Under the pieces are notes generated by a model, which made no database searches, had not been told where the DNA came from, and saw nothing but the letters and a program-made list of their open reading frames with translations. Of a DNA stretch of 64,000 nucleotides, positions 1 to 12,367 are shown piece after piece. The translations under genes and the position numbers were made by a program. The stretch is taken from assembly GCA_036395755.1 (NCBI GenBank), contig DASWCZ010000023.1, positions 7,825-71,824 of the forward strand, read 5' to 3'. Positions within the stretch are counted from its first letter, which is position 1; the number at the start of each line of letters is the position of its first letter. This stretch comes from Thermoanaerobaculia bacterium. Lineage in GTDB: Bacteria; Acidobacteriota; Thermoanaerobaculia; UBA5066; Gp7-AA6.

Positions 1-964
1 CCCCCCGCGCCGGCGAGCACGAAGGGTGACAGGAGCAGGATCGTCGACGGCTGCCGTTTCGCCACGAGCAGCGCGGCGCCGCAGACGAAAAGAAGGCCAG
101 CGACGATCGCCGCGGCAGGAGTGGAAAACAGGAAGTGGAACAGGGCGGCCGTCTGCCGCCCGAGAAACACGAGCGCGCTCTCCTCCTTGCCGTGAAAATA
201 GCTGGCCCGCAGCCAGCCCGCTTGCGCTTCCTGCTCGAGCCGGCCGCCGCGGAGTTTCGAGACGTGGCTCGCGTACAGAAGCAGGAAAACCGCCGCGACC
301 GCCGCCTGGGAGACGAACCACACCCGGACGAGCCGCGGATCCGAGCGTTCCGCTCGAAGTCGAGCCGCGCCGTACACGACCGCAGCGATCGCGAAGCGCA
401 AAGCCGCGTAGTGAGACAGCAAAGCGAGTCCCGCCAGCGCCGCGGAGACGGCCAACCAACGCGACGACGCTTTCCGAAAAGCCAATTCCAGAGCGGCGAG
501 CGAGGACGCGACGAGCCAGAGCATGAGCGAATAGCCCCGCAATTCTGACGACAGCAGGACGAACGACGGGAGAAAGGCGAGGAGAGCGAGCATCAGGAGA
601 GCCGAAGATTTCCCGAAGAGAGAGGCGCCCCACTTGTACGCCGTCCAGAGGAATGCGGTTCCACAGGCGGCGGGGAGCAGACACAACTGCCACCCGGGAC
701 CCACGATCCGCTGCCAGAAGTAGAGCAGAAGCTCGAACAGCGGGGGGTGCGCGTTGGTCAGCGTGGCCCGGTAGGTGTCGACGACGGTGGCCTTGCGAGC
801 GATGTCCAAGTGCAGCGCCTCGTCGGGAGTCACGAAGGAGCGTCGAGCGGCCAGCAACCGGGCCGCCAGGCCGAGGACGACGAAGAGAAGCGCCAGGGCG
901 TCGGCACGAGCGTCGGCACGGGTTCCCTCGCGCTCTCGGATCCCGGAGATCGCGGCGGGGACGG
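1..964 (-). CDS. Glycosyltransferase family 39 (ArnT/PMT-like) integral membrane protein, partial; the 3' end lies beyond the window start
   Basis: Not in the ORF track because it is truncated at position 1. Reverse-strand translation from a GTG at 962–964 gives VTVPAAISG...LLFVVLGLAARLLAARRSFVTPDEALHLDIARK...NAHPPLFELLLYFWQRIVG. The DE motif, the hPPL motif and multiple TM helices are typical of GT39/GT83. The GTG start overlaps the mqnA stop in a GTGA overlap. Confidence 0.5.
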
Positions 965-1744
965 TCACGGCGACGATCGAGCATCCGATGTGAGCTCGAG
1001 AGGCCGTACCCGTTCGATCAGCCCCTCCTGCGCCGCCAGCCGGTAGAAGAGATCCAGTCCGGCGAGGTCTCCGGCGTCCAGCTCGTAGTGGAGCGAGTGG
1101 CGCAGATAGTCCTCGACGACCGCCTCCGAGAGGCCCGACTCGGCGGCCTCCCGAGAAACGAGAAGCGCAAAGTTGCGCCGGCCCGCGTCATAGGACGCCC
1201 GGACGATCTCCGCCGCCTCCTGTTCCGGCACGCCCTCGCGTACCGCCCAGAAAGCGAAGACGAACGGATGGCCGGAGAACGCTCTCCACTCCGCGGCGAG
1301 GTCCAGGACGACGTGACCGTTCAACCGCGTTTTGAGCGCCGGGTCGCCGATGACGAGAGAAGCATCCGCCTCGCCGCGGCCGTCCCGGTACTCCGGCTCC
1401 ACGCCGTACCGGCGCTTCAGCAGGAGCCGCGTCAACACGGCCGAGGTTCGCGATGCCGGATCGAGACCGACCGAGCGAATCTTCTCGCGCGACACCTTCG
1501 AGACCAGGAGAACCGAGCGCACCTCGGAAGCCGCGGCGATGCCGAGGCCGCCCACGACCCGGAGGCCGGCAATCCGCTGGTACTCGATCGAGGGAATGAG
1601 CCCGACGTCGGCCTCGCCCGAGGCGAGCTTGTCCGCGCAAGCGGACGGAAGGTCGCGGGAGACAACGACGCCGGGAGGTGGATTTTCGAGGAGGCCCCAG
1701 ATCAGGGGGCGGGCGTTGACGAAATCGACGACGGAGAAGCGCAT
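965..1744 (-). CDS. mqnA: Menaquinone biosynthesis protein of the MqnA/MqnD family (futalosine pathway, chorismate dehydratase-like)
   Basis: The 259-aa protein starts MRFSVVDFVNARPLIWGL and carries SRDLPSACADKLASGEADVGLIPSIEY, resembling the periplasmic-binding-protein-like VitK2_biosynth fold. I cannot separate MqnA from MqnD from sequence alone. Confidence 0.55.
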   Translation of the reverse strand: MRFSVVDFVNARPLIWGLLENPPPGVVVSRDLPSACADKLASGEADVGLIPSIEYQRIAGLRVVGGLGIAAASEVRSVLLVSKVSREKIRSVGLDPASRTSAVLTRLLLKRRYGVEPEYRDGRGEADASLVIGDPALKTRLNGHVVLDLAAEWRAFSGHPFVFAFWAVREGVPEQEAAEIVRASYDAGRRNFALLVSREAAESGLSEAVVEDYLRHSLHYELDAGDLAGLDLFYRLAAQEGLIERVRPLELTSDARSSP

Positions 1745-1758
1745 CAGTGTTCTTTACT

Positions 1759-1888
1759 GTCATCCCGAGCGAGCTTCTTCACCGTCATCCCGAGCGAAGC
1801 GAGGGATCTCAACTCGCGGAATTCCGAGATCCCTCGGGGCTATGCCCCTCGGGATGACGAGGGAGCCCCTCGGGTTGACAAGGGAGGC
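1759..1888. repeat. Cluster of REP-like palindromic repeats in the rho–mqnA intergenic region
   Basis: GTCATCCCGAGCGAG occurs at 1760–1774 and is repeated as GTCATCCCGAGCGAAGCGAGGGATC at 1784–1808. There is a perfect 10-bp inverted repeat GAGGGATCTC(N15, contains GAATTC)GAGATCCCTC at 1801–1835. Inverted copies CCCTCGGGATGAC (1847–1859) and CCCTCGGGTTGAC (1869–1881) follow. Confidence 0.6.
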
Positions 1889-1889
1889 G

Positions 1890-3248
1890 CTACCCCTGGC
1901 TCATCAGGTTCAGGAACTCACCATTCGTCTTGGTCTTCTCGAGCTTCTCGGTCAGAAGCTCCATCGCCTCGACGGTCGAGAGCGGGTTCAGCACCTTGCG
2001 GAGCACCCACACGCGGTTCAGCTCTGCCTTGTCCATCAGGAGCTCTTCCTTCCGGGTGCCCGACTTGTTGAGGTCGATGGCCGGGAAGACGCGCTTGTCG
2101 ACGAGCTTCCGGTCGAGGTGCGTCTCCATGTTGCCGGTCCCCTTGAACTCCTCGAAGATGACGTCGTCCATCCGGGATCCCGTGTCGATGAGCGCGGTTG
2201 CGATGATCGTGAGCGACCCGCCCTCCTCGACGTTGCGTGCCGCTCCGAAGAAGCGCTTGGGGCGCTGCAGGGCGTTGGAGTCGACGCCGCCGGACAACAC
2301 CTTGCCCGACGGAGGGACGATCGCGTTGTAGGCACGCGCGAGGCGTGTGATCGAGTCGAGCAGGATGACGACGTCTCTCTTATGCTCGACTAACCTCTTG
2401 GCCTTCTCGATCACCATCTCGGCGACCTGGACGTGACGCGCAGCGGGCTCGTCGAACGTGGAAGAGATGACCTCGCCCTTGACGGATCGCTGCATGTCCG
2501 TCACCTCTTCGGGGCGCTCGTCGATGAGCAGCACGATCAGCGTGATCTCGGGGTGGTTCGTGGAGACCGAGTTCGCGATCGCCTGGAGGATCATCGTCTT
2601 GCCGGTGCGCGGCGCCGCCACGATCAAGCCGCGCTGGCCCTTGCCGACCGGGGCGACCAGGTCGAGGACGCGCGCCGACATGTTGGCCGGCACTTCGAGC
2701 TTGATGCGGTCCTGCGGATAGAGGGGCGTCAGGTTGTCGAAGAAGATCTTCTCGCGCGCGACGTCGGGGTGCTCGAAGTTGACCGCTTCGACCTTGATGA
2801 GAGCGAAGTAGCGCTCCCCCTCTTTCGGCGGCCGGATCTGTCCGGACACGGTGTCGCCGGTGCGGAGGTCGAACTTGCGGATCTGCGAAGGCGAGACGTA
2901 TATGTCGTCCGGCCCCGGCAGGTAGTTGTACTCGGGAGCGCGCAGGAATCCGAAACCGTCGGGCAGGCACTCGAGCACGCCCTCCGAAAAGATCAGGCCC
3001 TTCTTCTCGGTCTGCGCCTGCAGGACCTTGAAGATCAGGTCCTGCTTGCGCATTCCGGTCGCGTTCTCGACCTCCAGGTCTTTCGCGATCTTCAGGAGCT
3101 GCGGGATCTTGATCTCGTGCAGCGCCCGGATGTCGAGCGTGTCGCCCGGCTCCACGGCGAGGTCTTCACCGGCCGCGTCCGGCAGACCTTCCATGGGAGG
3201 CTCGAGGGTCTCGACGTCGGAATCGTTGTTGGATCTCTTTCTGACCAT
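1890..3248 (-). CDS. rho: Transcription termination factor Rho
   Basis: The 452-aa protein has a Rho N-terminal RNA-binding region, Walker A (AAPRTGKT), LIDERPEEV, and a C-terminal ...[19 protein letters not shown]. Confidence 0.95.
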   Translation of the reverse strand: MVRKRSNNDSDVETLEPPMEGLPDAAGEDLAVEPGDTLDIRALHEIKIPQLLKIAKDLEVENATGMRKQDLIFKVLQAQTEKKGLIFSEGVLECLPDGFGFLRAPEYNYLPGPDDIYVSPSQIRKFDLRTGDTVSGQIRPPKEGERYFALIKVEAVNFEHPDVAREKIFFDNLTPLYPQDRIKLEVPANMSARVLDLVAPVGKGQRGLIVAAPRTGKTMILQAIANSVSTNHPEITLIVLLIDERPEEVTDMQRSVKGEVISSTFDEPAARHVQVAEMVIEKAKRLVEHKRDVVILLDSITRLARAYNAIVPPSGKVLSGGVDSNALQRPKRFFGAARNVEEGGSLTIIATALIDTGSRMDDVIFEEFKGTGNMETHLDRKLVDKRVFPAIDLNKSGTRKEELLMDKAELNRVWVLRKVLNPLSTVEAMELLTEKLEKTKTNGEFLNLMSQG

Positions 3249-3332
3249 GACTTCTCCTCGGATCTGGGATGAAGCGTGCGGCGGACACCGTCACGCGGTG
3301 TTCAATCGGTGGTGCGGACTATCCGAGCCTTT

Positions 3333-5735
<2,403 letters not shown>

Positions 5736-5808
5736 GGAGCTGTTGGTCCTTCCCTGGCCCCGGAGGCGGCGAACCGCGCGGGGCGCGGCGTCCAAGGGTG
5801 GAGAGGCT

Positions 5809-7053
5809 CTACCCCGCCTTGCGGAGAATCGTGATGGGGTTCGTGTGGTGCTTGACCACGTCCTTGGTAATGACGCACTCCTCGATGTCCTCGTCCGACG
5901 GGATCTGGTACATCACGTCGAGCATGAGGTCCTCGATGATGATCTTCAAACCCCGTGCCCCGACGTTCCTGGCCAGAGCTTCCTCGGCGATGGCTTCGAT
6001 GGCGTCATCGGTAAAACGAAGCTGGACGTTCTCGAATTCCAGCATCGTCTGGTACTGCTTGACGAGCGAGTTCTTGGGCTCCCTCAGGATCTCGACCAGG
6101 GCGCCCTGATCGAGCTCCGTCAGAGTCGCGACCACGGGTAGCCGGCCGACGAACTCCGGGATCATCCCGTACTTGATCAGGTCTTCGGGATGGACCTTCT
6201 CGAGGAGGACGCTCGACCGTTTTTCCTTCTTGGTGGTGATCTTCGCGCCGAAGCCCATCGTCTTCTCGGTCATGCGGCGGCTGATGATGTCCTCGAGGCC
6301 GACGAATGCCCCTCCGCAGAGGAACAGGATGTTCGTCGTGTCGATCTGGATGAACTCCTGGTGCGGGTGCTTACGGCCCCCCTGCGGCGGCACGTTGGCG
6401 ACCGTCCCCTCCAGGATCTTCAAGAGCGCCTGCTGGACCCCTTCCCCCGAGACGTCGCGGGTGATCGACGGGTTCTCCCCCTTGCGGGCGATCTTGTCCA
6501 CCTCGTCGATGTAGACGATCCCGCGCTCGGTCTTGTCCTTGTCGTTGCCGGCCGCCTGGTAGAGCTTCAGGATGATGTTCTCGACGTCCTCGCCAACGTA
6601 ACCCGCCTCGGTCAACGTGGTGGCGTCGACGATCGTGAACGGCACGGACAGGAGCTTGGCCAGGGTCTGCGCGAGGAGGGTCTTGCCGGTCCCGGTCGGC
6701 CCGATCAGGAGAATGTTCGATTTCTGGAGCTCGACGTCTAACTTGCGATTCTTTTCCAGGTAGTCGATTCGCTTGTAGTGGTTGTAGACGGCGACAGCGA
6801 GCTTTTTCTTGGCCTGTTCCTGCCCGATGACGTAGCCGTCCAGGAACTCCTTGATTTCTTTCGGCTTGGGGAGCTTGGCCTCAGGGGTCTGGGTCTCGAG
6901 GACTCGATCCTCGGCGATGATGTCGAGGCAGATGTCGACGCACTCGTCGCAGATGTAGACCGTGGGACCCGCGATGAGCTTTTTGACGTCCCTCTGGCTC
7001 TTGTTGCAGAAGGAACAGCGAAGGACGTCGCCGTTACCGCCTTTCTTCGACAT
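5809..7053 (-). CDS. clpX: ATP-dependent Clp protease ATP-binding subunit ClpX
   Basis: It has an N-terminal C4 zinc finger ([27 protein letters not shown]), Walker A GPTGTGKT and the IGF-type loop. A GGAGG lies upstream of the ATG. Confidence 0.95.
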   Translation of the reverse strand: MSKKGGNGDVLRCSFCNKSQRDVKKLIAGPTVYICDECVDICLDIIAEDRVLETQTPEAKLPKPKEIKEFLDGYVIGQEQAKKKLAVAVYNHYKRIDYLEKNRKLDVELQKSNILLIGPTGTGKTLLAQTLAKLLSVPFTIVDATTLTEAGYVGEDVENIILKLYQAAGNDKDKTERGIVYIDEVDKIARKGENPSITRDVSGEGVQQALLKILEGTVANVPPQGGRKHPHQEFIQIDTTNILFLCGGAFVGLEDIISRRMTEKTMGFGAKITTKKEKRSSVLLEKVHPEDLIKYGMIPEFVGRLPVVATLTELDQGALVEILREPKNSLVKQYQTMLEFENVQLRFTDDAIEAIAEEALARNVGARGLKIIIEDLMLDVMYQIPSDEDIEECVITKDVVKHHTNPITILRKAG

Positions 7054-7295
7054 TCTGCCTCCGGGAAGGGACAGGGAATTCTAGGCGCGCGGTCGCGGAC
7101 GAGTCAACGGTTCCCTTTTCCCTTTCCATGACTGTAGCACAGCCCCCTCGAAGCTTAACGTCTCTGCCGTCAGCCTATTCCATACGACGGAAGTCGATCC
7201 CATCTCCAACCCAAAGCACATACCGTTCCAGCGCCGGAACGCCGGTGCGTTGATCGAAAGGCGGACGTGCTCGCGGCGCGACGCCTCGATTTCGG

Positions 7296-7934
7296 CTATC
7301 CCGCGGCTTTCAGAGCGACGTCGTCGCGCCGATGGTAGATCGAGTCGACGAGGCCGTACTTCTTCGCTTCCTCCGCTTCGAGGATGTAGTCGCGGTCGGT
7401 GTCCTTCGCGATCTTTTCGATCGACTGACCGGTGTGATTCGAGAGGAGCTTGTTGATCTGGTCGCGCAGCTTCAACATGTCCTTCGCGTGGATCTCGATG
7501 TCCGCGGTCTGACCTTGCAGACCCGTCGTCCACGGCTGGTGGATCAGGAAACGCGAGTTGGGCAGCGCGTAGCGCTTTCCGGGCGCGCCGGCCGCCATGA
7601 GAACCGCCGCAAACGACGCCGCCTGCCCGATGCAGATCGTGGAGACGTCCGGCTTCACGTACTGCATGGTGTCGTAGATCGCGAAGCCCGCCGACGTCAC
7701 GCCCCCCGGCGAGTTGATGTAGAAGGAAATGTCCTTGTCGGGGTTCTCGGATTCCAGGAAGAGCATCTGGGCGATGATCAGATTCGCGATCTGGTCGTCG
7801 ATCGGAGTGCCCAGGAAGATGACGTTGTCTTTGAGCAAGCGCGAGTAGATGTCGTATGCGCGCTCCCCCCGGCTCGTCTGCTCGATCACCATCGGTACGA
7901 GAACCATTCCGCCTCCCTCGTGGTCGTCTTCCAT
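7296..7934 (-). CDS. clpP: ATP-dependent Clp protease proteolytic subunit ClpP
   Basis: The core [25 protein letters not shown]...[14 protein letters not shown]...HQP has the Ser, His and Asp residues in ClpP context. The tracked 326-aa ORF has a GC-rich spurious N-extension. The start was chosen at the ATG ([13 protein letters not shown]) with an upstream GAGGG. Confidence 0.9.
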   Translation of the reverse strand: MEDDHEGGGMVLVPMVIEQTSRGERAYDIYSRLLKDNVIFLGTPIDDQIANLIIAQMLFLESENPDKDISFYINSPGGVTSAGFAIYDTMQYVKPDVSTICIGQAASFAAVLMAAGAPGKRYALPNSRFLIHQPWTTGLQGQTADIEIHAKDMLKLRDQINKLLSNHTGQSIEKIAKDTDRDYILEAEEAKKYGLVDSIYHRRDDVALKAAG

Positions 7935-7978
7935 GCCCTCAACCCTTCGTTGCACGCGGCCAATCCTCCGCCCCGCGC

Positions 7979-9313
7979 TCACGGCCGCTCCACCGGCTCC
8001 ATCGAGGGTAGCACCCGCGCGGAGGAGATCAAGAGATCGAGCGCCTGGGAGAGGCGCATTTCGTCCCGAAGGGCTTCGAGCCCGTCGTTTTTCGCGAGAC
8101 GCTCGCGCAGCTCCGAGGTCTCCACGCCGCGCCGCGCCGCGGCGCGCCGGATCTCCGCTTCGAGCTCCGTGTCGGTGATCGCGATCTCCTCGCGGCGGGC
8201 GATTGCATCGAGAGCCAGGTACTCGCGGACCCTCCGTTCGGCGCCCGGCCGGGCGTCCTCCTTGACTCTTTCCCACTCGACTTCCTTCGCGTCGACCCCG
8301 TTCGCCGCGAGATAGCGCGCGTACTCCCGCAGAGACGCGTTCAGCTCGGACTCGACGAGCACTTCCGGCGTGGGGACGGCCGTCTTCGCCAGGATCGTGC
8401 CGAGGATGTCGTGTCGAAACTTCCGACGGCGACCCGACTCTTTCTCCTGCCGCAGGTTCGCGCGGACTTTCTCGCGAAGAGTCTCGGCGCTCGGCGGGTG
8501 CAGGCCCGCGGGGCCTGTCCCCGCCACCGCGCGCGCGAATTCATCGTCGAGAGGCGGCAGCCGCTTCTCCTTGAGCGCGACGAGCGTCACTTCGTAGTCG
8601 ACTGTCTTCCCGCGGAAGTTCTCGTTCGGAAACTCGTCCGGGAAGGTCTTGCGAAACGGCCGTGTCTCCCCGGGCAGCGCGCCGGTCAGGGCTTCGTTGA
8701 TCTCGGGCATGGAGTCGGAATGGCCGACCTCGAGGGTGATCTTCTCGTCCCGGAACGTGCGTGGGTTCTGGCCGGGTTCCAAGATTTCGACGAATCGTCC
8801 CGCGATGTCCGCGACCGCGTAGTCCCCGGCTGCCGCGCGCCGTCCCTCGATCGGATGGAACTCCGCGTGCGACTCGCGGATTCGATCGAGAACTCCGGAG
8901 ACCTCCTCCTCGGACGGCTCGGTGGACACGTCCTCGACCGGAATCCCACGGTACTCCCCCGGGTCGACGACCGGCTTCAAGTCGAGGTGCGCGGAGAAGC
9001 GGATCGGCCCGGGCTGGCTCCATTCGAGGTTTTCGACCCGGGGAGAGCCCAGGATCACGAGGTTTTTCTCCTCGATGGCGGAGGAGAGCGCCGCGGGGAG
9101 GAGCCTCTCCAGCACTTCCTCGCGGATCTCCCCGGCGAACCGCTGCACGACGAGATGCTCCGGTACGTGGCCGCGACGGAACCCGGGCATCGCCGCGCGC
9201 CGGGCAAAAGCGCGCGCGACAGCGCCGTAAGTCCGCTCGACGTCTTCGGCGGGGACCTCGATCTCGAGCGTCGTCGAGGTCTGCGACTCCTCGCGCATAT
9301 TCCGAACCACCAT
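7979..9313 (-). CDS. tig: Trigger factor (ribosome-associated chaperone / PPIase)
   Basis: It is 444 aa and lies upstream of clpP-clpX-lon in the canonical order. The N-terminal ribosome-binding region and FKBP-like middle domain are present. Confidence 0.85.
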   Translation of the reverse strand: MVVRNMREESQTSTTLEIEVPAEDVERTYGAVARAFARRAAMPGFRRGHVPEHLVVQRFAGEIREEVLERLLPAALSSAIEEKNLVILGSPRVENLEWSQPGPIRFSAHLDLKPVVDPGEYRGIPVEDVSTEPSEEEVSGVLDRIRESHAEFHPIEGRRAAAGDYAVADIAGRFVEILEPGQNPRTFRDEKITLEVGHSDSMPEINEALTGALPGETRPFRKTFPDEFPNENFRGKTVDYEVTLVALKEKRLPPLDDEFARAVAGTGPAGLHPPSAETLREKVRANLRQEKESGRRRKFRHDILGTILAKTAVPTPEVLVESELNASLREYARYLAANGVDAKEVEWERVKEDARPGAERRVREYLALDAIARREEIAITDTELEAEIRRAAARRGVETSELRERLAKNDGLEALRDEMRLSQALDLLISSARVLPSMEPVERP

Positions 9314-9378
9314 GGCGAAAGGAGTCTACTGGACGAGGGCCGGCGAGCCGACGAGCCGTCGCGGCTCTCGCCGGGCGG

Positions 9379-10941
9379 TCAGGTTCGCGGCGAGATTCTC
9401 CGTGAAGCGGGCCGCGGTCGGCTCACCCGGATGCGCGGCGCGGGCGCGGGAGGAGCGGCGGAAGCGAGCGCGGTGGAGACCGCCGCGAGAACGTCGATCC
9501 TCCCCCAACCGAACACCGGGTTGGGGATCGCCGAGCCGGGGACGTCGCCGCACGACTGCTCCGACGTCAGGCCGACGGCCGTCGCGCGGAGGAGCGCTTC
9601 GGTTTCGGGAACGTGGTTCGCCAGCCAGGGCGCGGCCGACCAGATGAGCGCCACCGCGCCGGAAACGTGCGGGGTCGCCATCGACGTCCCGGAGAACCGC
9701 GTGTAGGCCGCCCCGGGCACCGACGATCGGATCTCGACTCCGGGCGCAACCACGTCCGGCTTTATGCGATTCGAGCCGTCGACGGTCACCGGGCCGCGGC
9801 TGCTGAAGCTCGCGATCGTGTCGGACAGAGTCGTCGCGCCGACGGAGAACGCGGCGTCGTAGAAGCCCGGGACGGTGTCGACCGTCGAGCAGGCCGAACC
9901 GCTGTTTCCGGCCGCGACCGACAGAAAAATGCCCGCCGCCCTCGTGTTCTCGACGACGGCGCGCAGGACGTCCGGATCCGTACATCCTTCGCTCGGCGGA
10001 CACCCCCAGGAATTGCTGATGACGTCCGCCCCGAGATCGGGCCGCGGATTCGCGCCCGCGGAATCGGTCGGAGCCAGGAAGAACTGGAAGCACTCGGTGT
10101 AGCGGGCGGGGGTGCCGTCGCCCCGGTCCATGTTCCGACAGGCGATCCAGCGGGCCCCCGGCGCCATGCCGATCTGGTTGTCGCCCCCGTCCGTCCCCAC
10201 CGCGGTGCCGGTCACGTGCGACCCGTGCGAGCTGTCGTCGCAGGGAACGGCGGAATCCGTTCCGCAGGGATTGCCCGGGTTCGCCGTGTGGATCGAATCG
10301 TGCCAGTTGTACGCGTGCGAAACCGAATCGCCGTCGAACCCGCGATAGCGATTCTTCAGCGCCGGGTGCTCCCAGTCGACACCGGTGTCCGCGATTCCCA
10401 CGACCACGCCCTGGCCCGTGAAGCCGAGACTCCAGACCGAAGGGGCGTGCACGAGATCCAGGCTCGCTTCGATCGCGGTCGCGGACAACGGCGCAACCTC
10501 TGCGCCCTGTCTCCGCGGAAGGACCATGTGGGCCGGGCGGTTCGCGGCGACGAGCGCGACGTCGTCGCGGGACGCGAGTTCGTCGGCGAGAGGCCGGTCG
10601 GATTCAACCGCGATCATGTTGACCAGATAGAACGCCTGAAAGCGTGCGCCAGCTCGTTCGAGGCGGCGGCGGAGAGGCGCCTGCGTGGAGTCGGCCGTCG
10701 ACCGCAGCGCCTCGTACACGAACCGCCTCTTCTCCGCGCGGTCCGAGATGTTCGCCGCACCGCTCAAGTCCGCCTGCCTGCGGAGAACGACGAGGACCGA
10801 AGCGGTCTCATCCGCCTGCTTGCCCGCAAAGATCTGGTCGAGGACCGCTGCGTCCGCCGCGGGAACGGGGCGCGCGAGCAGTACCAGCACCAAGATCGGG
10901 AGCAGGCGCTTCAGACTGGACACGGGAGTTTCGAAACGCAT
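9379..10941 (-). CDS. Secreted subtilisin-like serine peptidase (S8) with an N-terminal inhibitor-I9 propeptide
   Basis: It has a signal peptide MRFETPVSSLKRLLPILVLVLLARPVPAADA. The catalytic motifs are GIADTGVD (Asp), SHGSHVTGTAVG (His) and GTSMATPHVSGAVAL (Ser). Confidence 0.85.
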   Translation of the reverse strand: MRFETPVSSLKRLLPILVLVLLARPVPAADAAVLDQIFAGKQADETASVLVVLRRQADLSGAANISDRAEKRRFVYEALRSTADSTQAPLRRRLERAGARFQAFYLVNMIAVESDRPLADELASRDDVALVAANRPAHMVLPRRQGAEVAPLSATAIEASLDLVHAPSVWSLGFTGQGVVVGIADTGVDWEHPALKNRYRGFDGDSVSHAYNWHDSIHTANPGNPCGTDSAVPCDDSSHGSHVTGTAVGTDGGDNQIGMAPGARWIACRNMDRGDGTPARYTECFQFFLAPTDSAGANPRPDLGADVISNSWGCPPSEGCTDPDVLRAVVENTRAAGIFLSVAAGNSGSACSTVDTVPGFYDAAFSVGATTLSDTIASFSSRGPVTVDGSNRIKPDVVAPGVEIRSSVPGAAYTRFSGTSMATPHVSGAVALIWSAAPWLANHVPETEALLRATAVGLTSEQSCGDVPGSAIPNPVFGWGRIDVLAAVSTALASAAPPAPAPRIRVSRPRPASRRISPRT

Positions 10942-11145
10942 CGGATGGACAAACTATGCCCCAGTACCGTACGGGTTGGCGAATTTCCGGGTCTCGCCAC
11001 GCTTCTCCCGAAGGCTCGCGCGAGGTCTCACGACCATCGTCGGGGGACTCTTTCCTCGGCAAACCGTGACCCCAGTCACGGGAACCAGCCGGAAGCACGC
11101 GTTACACTCCGTGCACTCCCATTGCCGTCACCGGAGGATCAGCCG

Positions 11146-11487
11146 ATGGCGGATCGAACAGAGAGGCGGCGTTTTGCGCGGATCCGGAGACGGTACCCGG
11201 TGGAATTCCGGGCGGCGGGAAAGACCTGCTCCGGTTTCACCCACAACCTGTCAGCGGTGGGACTGTTCATCTGCTCGGTGTACTTCCCCAGGCCTGGAAC
11301 TTCGTTATCGCTGCGCATCAAGGTCGCCGAGGGTAAGAGCTTCCTGATGCGGGTCGAGGTCGTTCGGTCCTACAGGGTCCCTCAGCAGCTGACCCGTTTC
11401 GTTCCGAGCGGCTTCTGCGTTCGGTTCCAGCAGGCCCCCGAGGAGTACTTCCAGCTTTTGGCCCGCCTGTTTCGCGTCGCCGCCTGA
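11146..11487 (+). CDS. Single-domain PilZ (c-di-GMP binding) protein, copy 1
   Basis: It is the C-terminal 113 aa of the tracked ORF 9613..11487. It has the PilZ motifs RRRFARIRRRYPVEF (RxxxR) and NLSAVG (D/NxSxxG). The ATG at 11146 is preceded by GGAGGA. Confidence 0.7.
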   Translation: MADRTERRRFARIRRRYPVEFRAAGKTCSGFTHNLSAVGLFICSVYFPRPGTSLSLRIKVAEGKSFLMRVEVVRSYRVPQQLTRFVPSGFCVRFQQAPEEYFQLLARLFRVAA

Positions 11488-11695
11488 GACCGCGACGCAC
11501 CGGCGCTCGCCGCGATCTGTCAGCGACTCATCACCGGAGAGATCCGCCTGCTGCCGCAGGACGACGAGAAAGGACGCCGTCTCACCGGACACCTTTCCCG
11601 CGAAATCCGATCGATTGTCGACGAAGAGGCGGCGAGGACCTCGCCACGAGCGCGCCCAGGAGAGACAGCGCGAAAAACGACCGTCGAAGGATCAT
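11305..11695 (-). pseudogene. Decayed duplicate of the 5' end (signal peptide plus I9 propeptide start) of the S8 subtilisin gene
   Basis: Minus-strand ATG at 11695 gives MILRRSFFALSLLGALVARSSPPLRR... then a stop. A shifted frame gives ETASFLVVLRQQADLSGDESLTDRGERR, which matches 20 of 31 residues with the S8 N-terminus ETASVLVVLRRQADLSGAANISDRAEKRR. No catalytic domain follows. Confidence 0.55.
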
Positions 11696-11838
11696 CGGAT
11701 GGCCTCTCCGAACCTCCCGCCGTCCCGGAATATGCGCATCATCGACCTGCAACCCTCGACCATTGTCCAATGGTCCCGGCCTGAGAAACTCCCTAGAATG
11801 GTCTCGAACTCCCATTGCCGTCATTGCGGAGGTGAGCG

Positions 11839-12171
11839 ATGACGGAAAGACGACGTTTCCCGCGGATCAAACGGCGATTCATGGTCGAGTTCGAGCATCA
11901 GGGGCGGCGCGATTCGGGCTACACGCACGATCTGTCCGCCACGGGGCTCTTCATCTGCTCGATCTATGAGCCAAAGCCCGAGAGCCGGCTGCGGATCCGG
12001 ATCTGGCTTCCGAACCGGGAATCCATCCGGCTGCAGGTGAAGCTGGTTCGCTCGAATCGCGTGCCCGCCCACCTGACGCGATTCGTTCCCGACGGCTTCT
12101 GCGTGCGCCTCGAACAGGCCGACGAGCAATACTTCCAGCTCCTCGCCACCCTCCTCCGCGTCGCCGCGTGA
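11839..12171 (+). CDS. Single-domain PilZ (c-di-GMP binding) protein, copy 2 (tandem paralog)
   Basis: The 110-aa protein aligns to copy 1 over its whole length (RRRFPRIKRRFMVEF ... DLSATGLFICS ... YFQLLATLLRVAA). It shares the upstream motif CTCCCATTGCCGTCA with copy 1. Confidence 0.7.
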   Translation: MTERRRFPRIKRRFMVEFEHQGRRDSGYTHDLSATGLFICSIYEPKPESRLRIRIWLPNRESIRLQVKLVRSNRVPAHLTRFVPDGFCVRLEQADEQYFQLLATLLRVAA

Positions 12172-12247
12172 AGAGCGCCGACGCCGATGGTGCTGATGGG
12201 GTCAGACCTGAATCGCTGAATTTGGGTCAGGCTAGCTCTCAATCCGG

Positions 12248-12332
12248 TGGTGCGAGAGGAGGGACTCGAACCCTCACGGGTCTCCCCACGGGATCCTAAG
12301 TCCCGCGCGTCTGCCGGTTCCGCCACTCTCGC
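12248..12332 (-). tRNA. tRNA-Leu, anticodon TAG
   Basis: The reverse complement folds as a type-II tRNA. The acceptor is GCGAGAG/CTCTCGC and the anticodon stem-loop is CGGGA-CTTAGGA-TCCCG. There is a 15-nt variable arm, a T-arm GAGGG-TTCGAGT-CCCTC, and an encoded CCA. Confidence 0.85.
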
Positions 12333-12367
12333 AGTGGCGAACATCGTAGGCGCAAGGGTCTTTGGAT

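Noticed and set aside
7935-8276. N-terminal extensions of tracked ORFs (ClpP 326 aa, BNR1 735 aa, S9a 981 aa, TopIB 403 aa, BNR4 583 aa, lmo0937 117 aa)
   Set aside because: The extensions are Arg/Gly-rich and lack RBSs. Internal starts with SD sequences give canonical protein lengths and signal peptides.
11100-11145. Sigma-54 promoter upstream of PilZ-1 (GTGCAC-N5-TTGC)
   Set aside because: The -24 element has TG instead of the invariant GG. The duplicated copy upstream of PilZ-2 lacks the -24 element entirely. The motif is more simply explained as duplicated 5' UTR and RBS sequence.
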